Assembly: GCA_017134395.1 (NCBI GenBank)
Contig: CP070993.1
Span: 608,945-672,944, forward strand
Direction of reading: 5' to 3'
Length of the DNA: 64,000 nt
Source: Candidatus Kaiserbacteria bacterium
GTDB taxonomy: Bacteria > Patescibacteriota > Minisyncoccia > Phycocordibacterales > UBA2100
Below, piece by piece: positions 18,517 to 28,531 of this stretch (within the stretch, counting starts at the first letter, position 1; every line of letters starts with the position of its first letter). The notes beneath the pieces are model-generated. The model searched no databases. It was not told the origin of the DNA and was given only the letters and a program-made list of their open reading frames with translations. The position numbers were made by a program, and so were the translations under genes.

Positions 18517-18548
18517 AATCACCAGAACGCTAGGCGTTCTGGTGATTT
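18517..18548. terminator. perfect 13-bp-stem hairpin atcaccagaacgc-tag-gcgttctggtgat
   Basis: lies at the distal edge of the tRNA-Ser-associated element. Confidence 0.4.
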
Positions 18549-18551
18549 AGG

Positions 18552-18767
18552 GGAGAGAGGGATTCGGTCAGGAGTCCGTGAAAAGAATATTCGCTCGGCT
18601 CATTACTTTTCTACGGCTCACGACCCTGACTCGGCGACAAGCACTCGCTCCGCTCGTCTTGTATACCGCCTCCGTCTTTCGAATTCCTTTCTCGTCCGTA
18701 AAACGTAAAAAACCCAACGCTATTCGCGTTAGGGTTTTACGTTTTAATGCGGAGAGAGAGGGATTCG
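18552..18767. repeat. tRNA-Ser-associated mini-element / att-relic: imperfect about 15-bp direct repeat ggagagagggattcg (18552-18566; copy in tRNA 3' end 18753-18767)
   Basis: contains terminator 18700-18745 and a motif (minus strand ggaattcgaaagacggaggcggtatacaagacga...gagtgcttgtc) about 80% identical to the element after tRNA-Met. Confidence 0.4.
18700..18745. terminator. tRNA-Ser terminator hairpin, about 18-bp stem
   Basis: aaaacgtaaaaaacccaacgc/gcgttagggttttacgtttt followed by U-run on the minus strand. Confidence 0.6.
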
Positions 18768-18836
18768 AACCCTCGAGGGAGTTTCCCCCCTATATCCTTA
18801 GCAGGGATACGCTTTCGACCACTCAGCCATCTCTCC
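18750..18836 (-). tRNA. tRNA-Ser (anticodon GCU), type II with long variable arm
   Basis: minus-strand GGAGAGAUGGCUGAGUGGUCGAAAGCGUAUCCCUGCUAAGGAUAUAGGGGGGAAACUCCCUCGAGGGUUCGAAUCCCUCUCUCUCCG; anticodon loop CUGCUAA. Confidence 0.85.
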
Positions 18837-18882
18837 GTGTTTGGCTAAGATAGCACATTCGCCCTCTTTTTTCATTCCTTTT

Positions 18883-19503
18883 TTATGCTCGAGCGAGTGC
18901 GACTGCGGTAACTGATACGCCGATTTCTTCAAATGTTTTGATAGCCTCGTCCATCGTTGCTCCTGTTGTGATGACGTCGTCTATGAGTATGACATGCGCC
19001 CCGCGCACTTTTTCTGGACGGGAAATACTAAAGATACCTGCGACATTCTTAAGACGTTGTTCTCGCGCGAGCGTTTTCTGCATAGGCACATGCTTTGTTT
19101 GAAGAAGGACATCGGTAACGACACATGAGCGGAGCTCCGCCGGAAGTTGTGCACAGACTTTTGTAATTTGGTTAAATCCGCGCTCACGTTTTCTTTTTGG
19201 AGAGAGCGGCATAGGTATAAGAATGATGTGTTTCGGATTCCATATTTCTATGTCAGACAGCTCTTCAAGAAGCGTGTCGTACAGTAACTGGGCAAGAAGT
19301 TTCGCTGCTTGTACCGAACCATGCTTTTTTAGTAGTTTGATAGCTGCATTAGCGGATGTATCATCGTAATGTGTACAGGTAAGTACAATAGAGCCGCGTA
19401 GAGTCCGTACGTTTGCTGGATGCGGCGATAGATACTCCGTATTCGACACGAGTATTTCTATGCGAGTAGGTGGAAACAGTAAGGAAAGAATTCTAGATAA
19501 CAT
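18883..19503 (-). CDS. comF: ComF-family protein (phosphoribosyltransferase domain, competence-associated)
   Basis: ERGFNQ...HVILIDDVITTGATMDEA PRTase motif typical of ComFC; divergent from pilM. Confidence 0.75.
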   Translation of the reverse strand: MLSRILSLLFPPTRIEILVSNTEYLSPHPANVRTLRGSIVLTCTHYDDTSANAAIKLLKKHGSVQAAKLLAQLLYDTLLEELSDIEIWNPKHIILIPMPLSPKRKRERGFNQITKVCAQLPAELRSCVVTDVLLQTKHVPMQKTLAREQRLKNVAGIFSISRPEKVRGAHVILIDDVITTGATMDEAIKTFEEIGVSVTAVALARA

Positions 19504-19550
19504 CTGTACATTGTAACGTAGGGGAGCGTGCTACAATATGCTTACTAGAT

Positions 19551-20702
19551 ATGGGAATACTAGACAAAATACGTAGTTCTTTAACGAGCTCCCAAAAGGG
19601 GCGTTCGGGCAGTGTTATTGGGGTCGACATCGGTTCGTCTTCAATAAAAGTAGTACAGCTGCGACAAGAGAAAGGACGTGCCGTTCTTGAAACGTATGGA
19701 GAGATAGCACTTGGTCCGTATGCAGGCACTGAAGTAGGGCGTGCGACACATCTACAGCCAAGTGAACTTGCTAAAGCGCTTACTGATCTTATGACAGAGG
19801 CAAATGTAACTGCAACGGACTCAGGTGTTTCGGTGCCATTTTCTGCAAGTCTTACGTCTGTGATTGAGATGCCTAAAATGGATCAAGCACAACTAGAGCA
19901 TATGATTCCATTGGAGGCGCGTAAGTATATTCCAGCAAACATCAATGAAGTAATGCTTGACTGGTTTATTATTCCCGATGATCCAGCACAAGAAGAATGG
20001 TCACGCTCGCGCAGTGGCGATACACAAAAAGCTCCAGAAGACTCAGGAAAAACAGAAGTGCTTCTTGTTGCGATTCATAACGAAATACTCAATAATTTTC
20101 AAACAATTACTAAAGAAGCTGGACTAAACGTTGGGTTCTATGAACTTGAGATTTTTGGTGCAGTTCGCTCCTCACTCTCTCATGGAATTGCTCCGGTTAT
20201 GGTTGTGGACATTGGGGCAGCAACAACAAAAGTGTACATTGTCGAACGCGGTATTATTCGTTTTTCTCACTTGATAAATCAGGGTTCTCAAGATCTGACA
20301 CTTGGTATTTCTCGTGCGCTAGGATGGAACTTTGAACGTTCAGAACGCGCAAAAAGAGAGCAGGGTCTTGTAGTTCGAGAAGGTGTTGAACAAGCACAAG
20401 ATAAGCAGGTAAAAGAGGCTTTGTTATCAACACTGGGACGTATTTTTTCCGATGTTAATCGCGTACTATTAAGCTACGAGAAGAAGTATGGACGCAACAT
20501 TTCGCGTGTCGTACTGGCAGGAGGAGGAGCGAGCCTGTATGGACTTCCAGAATATGCAGGTGAGCTCGTAAGTGTTGATGTTGAACGAAGTAATCCATTC
20601 GGAAGGGTTCAAACACCAGCATTTCTAGAAGACGTACTCGTAGAAGTAGGGCCCGAATTTGCTGTTGCGGTTGGTATGGCACTACGAAAGATGCAGGGAT
20701 AG
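19551..20702 (+). CDS. pilM: type IV pilus assembly protein PilM (actin-like ATPase)
   Basis: N-terminal GVDIGSSSIKVVQL; actin-fold architecture; first gene of pilMNO. Confidence 0.85.
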   Translation: MGILDKIRSSLTSSQKGRSGSVIGVDIGSSSIKVVQLRQEKGRAVLETYGEIALGPYAGTEVGRATHLQPSELAKALTDLMTEANVTATDSGVSVPFSASLTSVIEMPKMDQAQLEHMIPLEARKYIPANINEVMLDWFIIPDDPAQEEWSRSRSGDTQKAPEDSGKTEVLLVAIHNEILNNFQTITKEAGLNVGFYELEIFGAVRSSLSHGIAPVMVVDIGAATTKVYIVERGIIRFSHLINQGSQDLTLGISRALGWNFERSERAKREQGLVVREGVEQAQDKQVKEALLSTLGRIFSDVNRVLLSYEKKYGRNISRVVLAGGGASLYGLPEYAGELVSVDVERSNPFGRVQTPAFLEDVLVEVGPEFAVAVGMALRKMQG

Positions 20703-20741
20703 CTCGAAACGTTCTTTACAAACGATTCATCACGAACAATT

Positions 20742-21458
20742 ATGGAATCAAATATCAAAGCCTCGTTTATACCAGACAAGATGCCAAGTGCACAACGCGG
20801 TGGCTCAGCACCCAAAGCTCCGTCAGGAAGTGCTGCTGATATTTTGATGCTTGTCGCTGTGGTTATTCTGGCAGTCGCTCTCGCATTGTCAGCAGGAGTA
20901 TTTTTATACGATAGTTTCTTAGACGCGAACGTCCAGAAGAAGGGAGAGCAATTACAACGTGCACAGCAAGCTTTTGAACCTGCCTTGGTAGAAGAACTTG
21001 TGCGGCTTGATTTGCGATTACAAGCAGCAGGCGATGTGCTCGCACGCCACCTTGCACCGTCAGAAATATTTAACCTTCTTGAAGAACTGACGTTACAATC
21101 TGTTTCGTATAGTTCACTTGATTACTCAATCAATGAGGACGAAACAATTGCTATTCGGATGAAAGGAAAAGCAGATAGTGTAAACGCTGTAGCGCTTCAG
21201 GCGAGTGTGTTCGGACAACATAACGCAATTGTGAGTCCTATCTTTTCAGATATTGATTTAGTAAGTGACGGTGTAGCGTTTAGTGTATCTGCCATTGTGA
21301 ACCCTGCATCACTTCGTTATACAACTGTCTTTTCACAGTATTCGACTGGTTTTGAAGCAGAACAAGTTCTTGAAGGTGAAACGAGCACAAGTGTCCAAGA
21401 AACTGAGAGTTTTGGTGATTTTGGAAGCTTACCAGACGAACAAGAGGCAACCCAATAA
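20742..21458 (+). CDS. pilN: PilN-like pilus assembly protein (single TM plus coiled coil)
   Basis: position after pilM, bitopic topology. Confidence 0.6.
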   Translation: MESNIKASFIPDKMPSAQRGGSAPKAPSGSAADILMLVAVVILAVALALSAGVFLYDSFLDANVQKKGEQLQRAQQAFEPALVEELVRLDLRLQAAGDVLARHLAPSEIFNLLEELTLQSVSYSSLDYSINEDETIAIRMKGKADSVNAVALQASVFGQHNAIVSPIFSDIDLVSDGVAFSVSAIVNPASLRYTTVFSQYSTGFEAEQVLEGETSTSVQETESFGDFGSLPDEQEATQ

Positions 21459-21463
21459 CGCAT

Positions 21464-22048
21464 ATGACAAAAGCAATTCTTTCAATTATATTCATCGGCG
21501 CTGCAATTATGCTCTTTATGTTGTATGTGCGACCAACGTACGATGCAGTCAATGCAAACCGCACACAAGTTGCAACGTATGACGAAGCACTTGCAAAGAC
21601 TCGAGAAATTCAGGAATTAAAGAGCTCACTGTTATCTCGATACAATCTTTTTGCTGGTACAAACCTTGATCGCCTACAGAAGATGCTCCCTGATCATGTC
21701 GATAACGTTCGACTCGTACTTGATATGGATGGTATTGCATCAAAATATAATATCCGTATCCAAAACGTTACCGTACAAGAATCGAGCATAACAGCAGATG
21801 AAAACGAAGGGACTGTTCTGAACGGAGGTGCGACTCAAAATAGACCATACCGTTCGCTTCCATTGCAGTTCGAAGTACTTTCTACCTACGATGAATTTGT
21901 TTTGCTCATGCGTGACCTAGAATCAAGTCTTCGTATTGTCGATCTTGTTTCTTTGAGTGTGCGACCACGCGGCGATTTTTCTTCAGCAAGTGGTGCTGAA
22001 CCAATCTATACCTTTGGTGTCACGTTACGAACTTATTGGCTTCCCTAA
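21464..22048 (+). CDS. pilO: PilO-like pilus assembly protein
   Basis: N-terminal TM, coiled coil, position in operon. Confidence 0.55.
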   Translation: MTKAILSIIFIGAAIMLFMLYVRPTYDAVNANRTQVATYDEALAKTREIQELKSSLLSRYNLFAGTNLDRLQKMLPDHVDNVRLVLDMDGIASKYNIRIQNVTVQESSITADENEGTVLNGGATQNRPYRSLPLQFEVLSTYDEFVLLMRDLESSLRIVDLVSLSVRPRGDFSSASGAEPIYTFGVTLRTYWLP

Positions 22049-22053
22049 TACGT

Positions 22054-22401
22054 ATGTTAGATCTTATACAGAAAAATAAAATAATAATCGGTATACTCGT
22101 TGTTATCATTGCAGCGTTTGCATGGTTTGGACTTTCTGACCAACAACCAAGTACGAGTTTATTGAGCAGTGAATCACGAAGCAGTAATTCGGTGGCAGAC
22201 CAGGAGATTTTGCGAGTACTACTTGATATGCGTTCTATTCGACTTGATAGTTCTATTTTTGAAAACCCTGCCTTTGCCTCATTACGTGACTTTGGGCGTG
22301 ATATTATTCCTGAACCAGTTGGACGTACAAATCCATTTGCTCCTGTAGACAGGCAATCCCCATCAGTAAACGGCGCAACTGGCGCTGTGCAATCTCAATA
22401 A
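22054..22401 (+). CDS. small membrane protein, possible PilP-like component
   Basis: TM helix then Ser-rich linker and NPFAP motif; ORF opens at TTG 22036, first ATG 22054. Confidence 0.35.
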   Translation: MLDLIQKNKIIIGILVVIIAAFAWFGLSDQQPSTSLLSSESRSSNSVADQEILRVLLDMRSIRLDSSIFENPAFASLRDFGRDIIPEPVGRTNPFAPVDRQSPSVNGATGAVQSQ

Positions 22402-22406
22402 CGCGT

Positions 22407-24233
22407 ATGGGGAACACCCTCATGCAAGGATTAGTGGCACAAAAAGTCCTCTCTCAAGAGGATGCTGAAATTGTATTAGAAAATGCAAAAGCACGTGGTG
22501 TTCCCCTAGAAGACGCATTGCGAGAAGTAGGAGTGTCACAGGAAAGTATTTTAGCTGCGAAAGCCGGTACGTCAGGAATACCAACGCGTGTGTTAGAGAC
22601 TGACTCTATCCCGTTTGAAATTTTAGAGCATATACCTGAGGAGTCAGCACGGCATTACTCAATGGTTCCTCTTGGTATCGTAGAGGGAATTCTTGAAGTT
22701 GGAATGATAGAGCCAGATGATATGGAGGCAATTGATGCCTTAAATTTTTTAGCTCGTAAGAAAGGCCTCCCGTACAAAGTATTTCTTATTTCCGAAGCTG
22801 ACTTACAAGATGTACTTAAAATGTACAATTCCCTAGGCGGTGAGGTTGGGAGGGCACTGACTGAACTCGAATCGGAATTGACTGAAGACCAGCGAAATAT
22901 CCAGGAGGCTATTGATGAACAAGAAGAGGGGAATGATACTTTTATAAAAGAGGACGCACCGGTTATTAAAATTGTTGCGACTATTTTGCGGTATGCCGTT
23001 GATGGGCGAGCGTCTGACGTTCATATCGAGCGGACAGATAAAATGGTGAAAGTGCGTTTTCGTGTAGATGGTATTTTACACACCTCTTTAACACTTCCCG
23101 TTAATGTCCACCAAGCGATTGTTGCGCGTATTAAGGTACTTTCTTCAATGAGATTGGACGAGAGGCGTAAACCCCAAGATGGGCGTTTTTCTGCAAAGAT
23201 AGGAGGGCACAGAATCGATTTTCGTGTCTCTACGTTCCCAGCGTCAAATGGAGAGAAGATCGTAATGCGTATTCTTGACCGTGAGAAAGGATTTATTCCG
23301 CTTGATGAGTTGGGTCTGACACCGGACAATCTCGATCAAATTCGCAAAGCGATTGCTCGTCCTCACGGTTTGATTCTCGTATCTGGTCCGACGGGTTCAG
23401 GTAAGTCAACCACACTGTATTCTATGCTTTCAGAGCTCGATAGAGAAACAAAGAATGTCCTCTCACTTGAAGACCCAGTTGAATATTTTATGGAAGGAGT
23501 TAGTCAGTCGCAGGTGCGTCCTGAAATTGGGTACACGTTTGCCACAGGGCTGCGCACAACACTTCGACAAGACCCCGATGTAATTATGGTAGGAGAGATT
23601 CGCGATGCTGAAACCGCGAAGCTTGCAGTGCAGGCTGCACTGACCGGACATCTCGTGCTTTCAACTATTCACACAAACTCAGCGATTGGTGTTATTCCAC
23701 GACTGGTAGACATGGGAGTTGATCCGTTCCTTATCGCACCAACGCTAGTTCTTGCTGTCGCACAACGTTTGGTACGTAAGGTGTGCCCTGGTGCAGGCGA
23801 TGAGAAGCCAATGAATGAAAGCGTCAAAGCTATGATTGAGAAGCAGTTTGCCGATTTAGATGACACATACAAACCAGAGATTCCTGCTACGTACTACGAG
23901 GCAAAACCAACTGAAGAATGCCCAAACGGGTTACGTGGACGTCTTGCGGTGTTTGAATTGTTGCCTATGACCGCAGAACTTGAACACCAGGTGCTCACTG
24001 ATCCATCAGAAGATAAGGTACAGCACATTGCCAGAAAGGGAGGAATGCTTTCAATGAAAGAAGATGCAATCTTGAAGTCGTTTAGCGGACAGATTCCATT
24101 TACAGAAGCCAACAAGCTCGGTGGTGCATTGTTGGCAGAGAAGGTGATGATAGACGATGATTTTGAAGATGAGACAGTTGCACACAATAAGATACGACCA
24201 ACTGAAGAAGAGAAAATGCTGAACGAAAGTTAG
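22407..24233 (+). CDS. pilB: type IV pilus assembly ATPase PilB (GspE family)
   Basis: Walker A GPTGSGKST, N-terminal GSPII_E_N-like domain, tetracysteine region. Confidence 0.9.
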   Translation: MGNTLMQGLVAQKVLSQEDAEIVLENAKARGVPLEDALREVGVSQESILAAKAGTSGIPTRVLETDSIPFEILEHIPEESARHYSMVPLGIVEGILEVGMIEPDDMEAIDALNFLARKKGLPYKVFLISEADLQDVLKMYNSLGGEVGRALTELESELTEDQRNIQEAIDEQEEGNDTFIKEDAPVIKIVATILRYAVDGRASDVHIERTDKMVKVRFRVDGILHTSLTLPVNVHQAIVARIKVLSSMRLDERRKPQDGRFSAKIGGHRIDFRVSTFPASNGEKIVMRILDREKGFIPLDELGLTPDNLDQIRKAIARPHGLILVSGPTGSGKSTTLYSMLSELDRETKNVLSLEDPVEYFMEGVSQSQVRPEIGYTFATGLRTTLRQDPDVIMVGEIRDAETAKLAVQAALTGHLVLSTIHTNSAIGVIPRLVDMGVDPFLIAPTLVLAVAQRLVRKVCPGAGDEKPMNESVKAMIEKQFADLDDTYKPEIPATYYEAKPTEECPNGLRGRLAVFELLPMTAELEHQVLTDPSEDKVQHIARKGGMLSMKEDAILKSFSGQIPFTEANKLGGALLAEKVMIDDDFEDETVAHNKIRPTEEEKMLNES

Positions 24234-24251
24234 TATGGTACTGTAATTAGC

Positions 24252-24650
24252 ATGTCAGGAAAAACAACATATAGCATATTATTTGTAGATGACGATGACT
24301 TTCTTATAGATATGTACAGCTTGAAATTTTCTCAAGCTGGTCACAAAATCCAAACGGCACAAAGCACTGATGCTGCATTAGAGAAGTTACATGAAGAGGG
24401 GTATACACCTGATGCGGTGCTCTTCGACCTCGTTATGCCCAAAAAGGATGGATTCGAATTACTAAAAGAAATAAGGAGTCAAAATCTTGTACCTGATGCT
24501 GCACTTATCGTCCTTTCAAACCAAAGTGAGCGAGAAAATATTGATAAGGCCAAAGCACTGGGGGCAACAGGACATATTATTAAAGCAAATGCCATCCCCT
24601 CGGAGGTACTACAGATTGTTGAAGAGGCTGTTGCACAGAGAAAAGAGTAA
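24252..24650 (+). CDS. single-domain response regulator (CheY-like receiver)
   Basis: ILFVDDD...D(54)LVMPKKDG...receiver signature; embedded between pilB and pilT. Confidence 0.8.
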   Translation: MSGKTTYSILFVDDDDFLIDMYSLKFSQAGHKIQTAQSTDAALEKLHEEGYTPDAVLFDLVMPKKDGFELLKEIRSQNLVPDAALIVLSNQSERENIDKAKALGATGHIIKANAIPSEVLQIVEEAVAQRKE

Positions 24651-24736
24651 AACCAATGCGTATTGAAAATGTACGCACGCGTTCTACACACGAGTAAGTA
24701 GCTCACTTTGTTTTATGCGATACAATTGGTATACGT

Positions 24737-25798
24737 ATGGAGTCCAACAGTTCATTAAAGAAGTTTATAAATGTCCTTATAAATGAGGGTGGTTCTGATT
24801 TACACTTATCTGCAGGATCGCACCCTACTATTAGAGTTGCTGGTTCACTAATATCTCTCGTAAAAGAACCCATTCTTACTGGAAAGGAGACGCTTGCACT
24901 GCTGGAGGTTATGGTATCTGCAAAAGATAGAGACCGATTTCTCGAAGAGAAAGAATTGGACTTTTCGTATCAGCTGGAAGACGGCAATCGATTCCGTTGC
25001 AATGCTTTTTCCCAACGAGGAGATACAGGAATTGCGATGCGTCTCATTCCTCGAGAAATCCGTACCGTTGCCGAATTAAACTTACCACCAATTCTTGAAA
25101 GCTTTGCTCGGCGAACGCAAGGTTTCTTCCTTGTAGTTGGACCAGTAGGGCAAGGTAAAACAACGACACTTGCTTCTTTAATTGAGCTTATAAATCAAGA
25201 GCGAGCCGAACACATTGTCACGATAGAAGATCCAATTGAATATGTATTTGAAGCGAAACGATCTCTTATTGACCAACGTGAAGTAAAGATTGATACCAAA
25301 GATTTTGCAACTGCACTACGGGGTGCGTTTAGACAGGATATTGATGTTTTGTTTATTGGTGAAATGCGTGGTCCCGAAACTATGGCGGCAGCAGTGACAG
25401 CAGCGGAAACAGGGCATTTAGTATTTTCAACACTACACACAAACAACGCATCACAAACAGTGAATCGGATTATAGACTCATTTCCTGGTGATCAGCAAAA
25501 TCAAATTCGATTGCAGCTCGCCTCATCTCTTGCTGGCATTTTCTCACAACGACTTATTCCGCGTATTGGGGGTGGTTTAGTACCTGCATACGAATTGCTG
25601 GTAGCAAACAAAGCAGTCTCAAATCTTATTCGGGAAAGTCGAACACACGAACTCGACACAGTTATAGAAACAGGAGCTAAGGATGGAATGATTGATATGA
25701 ACCGCTCATTAGCTGAACTGGTTGCACGAGGTGAAATTAGTGCTGATAGTGCATATCAATTCTCAATCAATCCAAAAGTACTTGATAGACTTCTGTAA
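24737..25798 (+). CDS. pilT: twitching-motility / pilus retraction ATPase PilT
   Basis: GPVGQGKTTT Walker A, IEDPIEY, AETGHLVFSTLHTN. Confidence 0.9.
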   Translation: MESNSSLKKFINVLINEGGSDLHLSAGSHPTIRVAGSLISLVKEPILTGKETLALLEVMVSAKDRDRFLEEKELDFSYQLEDGNRFRCNAFSQRGDTGIAMRLIPREIRTVAELNLPPILESFARRTQGFFLVVGPVGQGKTTTLASLIELINQERAEHIVTIEDPIEYVFEAKRSLIDQREVKIDTKDFATALRGAFRQDIDVLFIGEMRGPETMAAAVTAAETGHLVFSTLHTNNASQTVNRIIDSFPGDQQNQIRLQLASSLAGIFSQRLIPRIGGGLVPAYELLVANKAVSNLIRESRTHELDTVIETGAKDGMIDMNRSLAELVARGEISADSAYQFSINPKVLDRLL

Positions 25799-25809
25799 CA
25801 TTCATTACA

Positions 25810-27018
25810 ATGGCACTTTTTTACTACACAGCAGTTGATAGGGAGAATAAGGAAAGAAAAGGTAGCATAGATGCTATTAATAAGGATGTTGCAATCACCG
25901 CACTGCAACGTCGTGGGCTGACTTTGTCGTCAATTAATCCTGCAGAATCAAGTTCGATATTTGATATGCGGCTCACGTTTTTTGAACGTGTTAAGAACAA
26001 AGACATCGTTATTTTATCTCGGCAAATAACTACATTATTTGAGGCTCAAGTCTCAGCTCTTCGAGCGTTCCGATTACTTTCTGCAGAATCCACCAGTCCT
26101 TTACTGCAAGATAAGCTGGGGGAGGTAGCAAACGATATACAAAGTGGTTCTACAATTGCCGATGCATTAGGCAAGCATCCAAAAATATTTAGTTCGTTTT
26201 ATGTAGAGATGGTGCGCGCTGGGGAGGAAACAGGAAGGCTCGGTGAAGCGTTTGAATTTCTTGCTGATTATCTCGATAGGACGTATGCAGTGACCTCTAA
26301 AGCTCGTAATGCACTCATTTACCCTGCTTTTGTCATAATGACTTTCGTTGCGGTAATGGTGCTTATGCTCACCACCGTGATTCCACGGCTTTCAGATATT
26401 TTGCTGGAAAGCGGACAGGATATTCCCGTATACACAAAAGTTGTGATTGGTTTTTCACAATTTCTTACTAATTATTTTTGGTTGTTTGGCATAGGAATAC
26501 TGTTTGGCGTGGGGTTAATTTATCGATTCTTACAAACCGAGTCTGGAAAACAGAGAATGGCACGTGCACGCCTACAGATTCCATATCTCGGTGATTTGTA
26601 TAGAAAGTTATATATGTCGCGTATTGCAGACAGTTTGAGCACGACACTTTCAAGTGGTATTCAACTCGTGCGTGGTATGGAGATAAGTGCTGCTGTCGTC
26701 GGGGATCCAGCGTATGACGAAATTCTTAAAAGTGTTGCACAAGAAATACAAAGTGGGCGTCCTGCGTCAGAGGTAATGGCAGAGTACAGTGAATTCCCCG
26801 GAATCGTTATAGCTATGATCAAAGTGGGTGAGGAGACAGGCGATTTAAGTAACATCCTTAAGACTATGGCTAAGTTTTATCAGCGAGAGGTTTCAAACGC
26901 TGTTGACACCTTAGTATCACTCATTGAACCTATGATGATAGTACTTATGGGGCTTGGAGTAGGTCTTTTACTTGCGTCAGTGCTTGTTCCTATCTACAAT
27001 ATCTCCGCTGGACTCTAG
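25810..27018 (+). CDS. pilC: type IV pilus platform protein PilC (GspF family)
   Basis: two GspF repeats, 3 TM; MVRAGEETGRL / IKVGEETGDL motifs. Confidence 0.9.
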   Translation: MALFYYTAVDRENKERKGSIDAINKDVAITALQRRGLTLSSINPAESSSIFDMRLTFFERVKNKDIVILSRQITTLFEAQVSALRAFRLLSAESTSPLLQDKLGEVANDIQSGSTIADALGKHPKIFSSFYVEMVRAGEETGRLGEAFEFLADYLDRTYAVTSKARNALIYPAFVIMTFVAVMVLMLTTVIPRLSDILLESGQDIPVYTKVVIGFSQFLTNYFWLFGIGILFGVGLIYRFLQTESGKQRMARARLQIPYLGDLYRKLYMSRIADSLSTTLSSGIQLVRGMEISAAVVGDPAYDEILKSVAQEIQSGRPASEVMAEYSEFPGIVIAMIKVGEETGDLSNILKTMAKFYQREVSNAVDTLVSLIEPMMIVLMGLGVGLLLASVLVPIYNISAGL

Positions 27019-27205
27019 GAGTACGAACTATATTTTAAATGTTATCCACACGTCTAGACGAATACAATCTGTTTGTATCGCTATAATGTATATAACCAAG
27101 ACAGATAACTGGTCGTTTAAGTCTTGCAAGCTGCGTAAGCAGGTCGCACTTATACGATTAGTGCACAAAGGTTATTTATTCTTATATATTAATTAATTAA
27201 AAAAC

Positions 27206-27634
27206 ATGAATTTCTTTACTAAAAAAGACCGTGGTTTCACTCTCATCGAACTTTTGGTGGTGATTGCAATCATTGGTATCCTCTCTTCTGTGGTACTTGC
27301 CTCTCTAAACAGTGCACGTGAGAAATCTCGTGATGCTCGACGTATTGGAGACATTAAGCAGTTACAACTAGCACTTGAAATGTACTATGACTCAAACAAC
27401 GGTTATCCATCAACAACCGCTGCTTTGGTTCCTTCCTACATTCCAGTTGAGCCAAGTGATCCACAAACAAGCGCAGCGTATACGTATGAAGTAAGTGGTA
27501 CTTCAAACTATGTACTTCGTACAACATTAGAATCAAGCCATAGCGCTTTGGGGTCTGATATCGACGGAACTCCTCTCTCAACCACTTTGTGTGATGACGC
27601 TGTAGCTCCTTTCTACTACTGTGTACAACCGTAG
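27206..27634 (+). CDS. pilA: major type IV pilin (prepilin N-terminus)
   Basis: KKDRGFTLIELLVVIAIIGIL class III signal peptide with G-1, F+1, E+5; followed by strong terminator. Confidence 0.8.
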   Translation: MNFFTKKDRGFTLIELLVVIAIIGILSSVVLASLNSAREKSRDARRIGDIKQLQLALEMYYDSNNGYPSTTAALVPSYIPVEPSDPQTSAAYTYEVSGTSNYVLRTTLESSHSALGSDIDGTPLSTTLCDDAVAPFYYCVQP

Positions 27635-27658
27635 ATCGTACACCTTCTTAAAGTAGTT

Positions 27659-27692
27659 CAAAACACGCACTCATGAGTGCGTGTTTTGTTGT
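27659..27692. terminator. rho-independent terminator after the pilin gene
   Basis: aaacacgcactcatgagtgcgtgttt plus T-run. Confidence 0.7.
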
Positions 27693-27706
27693 TATACTTA
27701 TAAGAC

Positions 27707-28531
27707 ATGACATTTGAACTACTCATTTTAGCGGTACTTGGGGTCATTGTTGGAAGTTTCTTGAATGTATTTATTCTACGATTGAATACCGGACGTTCAA
27801 ATTCAGGCCGAAGTGGCTGCATGAGTTGTGGAGCCCAACTTACATGGAAAGAATTAATTCCACTTTTCTCTTACGCAGCACAAAGTGGACGTTGTCGATC
27901 GTGCGGCAGCAGTATCTCTCATCAATACTGGATGGTAGAACTCTCCACTGCAGTATTATTCGTATTAGTTGGAATACAACATGTTGGTTTATTTGAGGGA
28001 GCTACATTATTATTCGTAGTTAGTTTGCTTGTAATCATCGCGGCATACGATTTTCGCCACACCATAATTCCTAATAAAATCGTCTATATTTTTCTTGCAG
28101 TAACTTTCGCAACGAACATCCCGCTGTGGGGAACATTTGGATTCTCTGAACTTGCGACTCATTTCTTTTTTGTTCTTGTAAGTGGCGCAATTGTAGCTTT
28201 CCCGTTATTTATTTTGTGGGCTGTCTCAAGTGGAAGGTGGATGGGATTTGGTGACGTTAAATTAGTCATTGGATTTGGATTTGCATTGGGAGCGTATCAG
28301 GGATTAATGGCGGTACTTCTGGGATTTATAGTAGGAGCAGTGATTGGGCTGTTACTTCTCTCTATACCAAAAGTTATGAAATACACACCGTTGAGACCGT
28401 TGGCTACTCGTTTTACAATGAGTAGCGAGGTCCCATTTGCACCATTTTTAATAGCTGGATTCTTTCTCGTGCTATTTTTCAATATTGATGTATTTATGTT
28501 AACTGAGCTCTTTTATGGTTTCATTGTATAA
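27707..28531 (+). CDS. pilD: prepilin peptidase PilD (A24 family)
   Basis: N-terminal CxxC...CxxC zinc motif, 8 TM, catalytic Asp regions. Confidence 0.88.
   Translation: MTFELLILAVLGVIVGSFLNVFILRLNTGRSNSGRSGCMSCGAQLTWKELIPLFSYAAQSGRCRSCGSSISHQYWMVELSTAVLFVLVGIQHVGLFEGATLLFVVSLLVIIAAYDFRHTIIPNKIVYIFLAVTFATNIPLWGTFGFSELATHFFFVLVSGAIVAFPLFILWAVSSGRWMGFGDVKLVIGFGFALGAYQGLMAVLLGFIVGAVIGLLLLSIPKVMKYTPLRPLATRFTMSSEVPFAPFLIAGFFLVLFFNIDVFMLTELFYGFIV

Noticed and set aside
18578-18853. 91-aa plus-strand ORF
   Set aside because: It overlaps tRNA-Ser, its terminator and the mini-element. Arg- and Leu-rich translation typical of antisense tRNA and GC-rich spacer.
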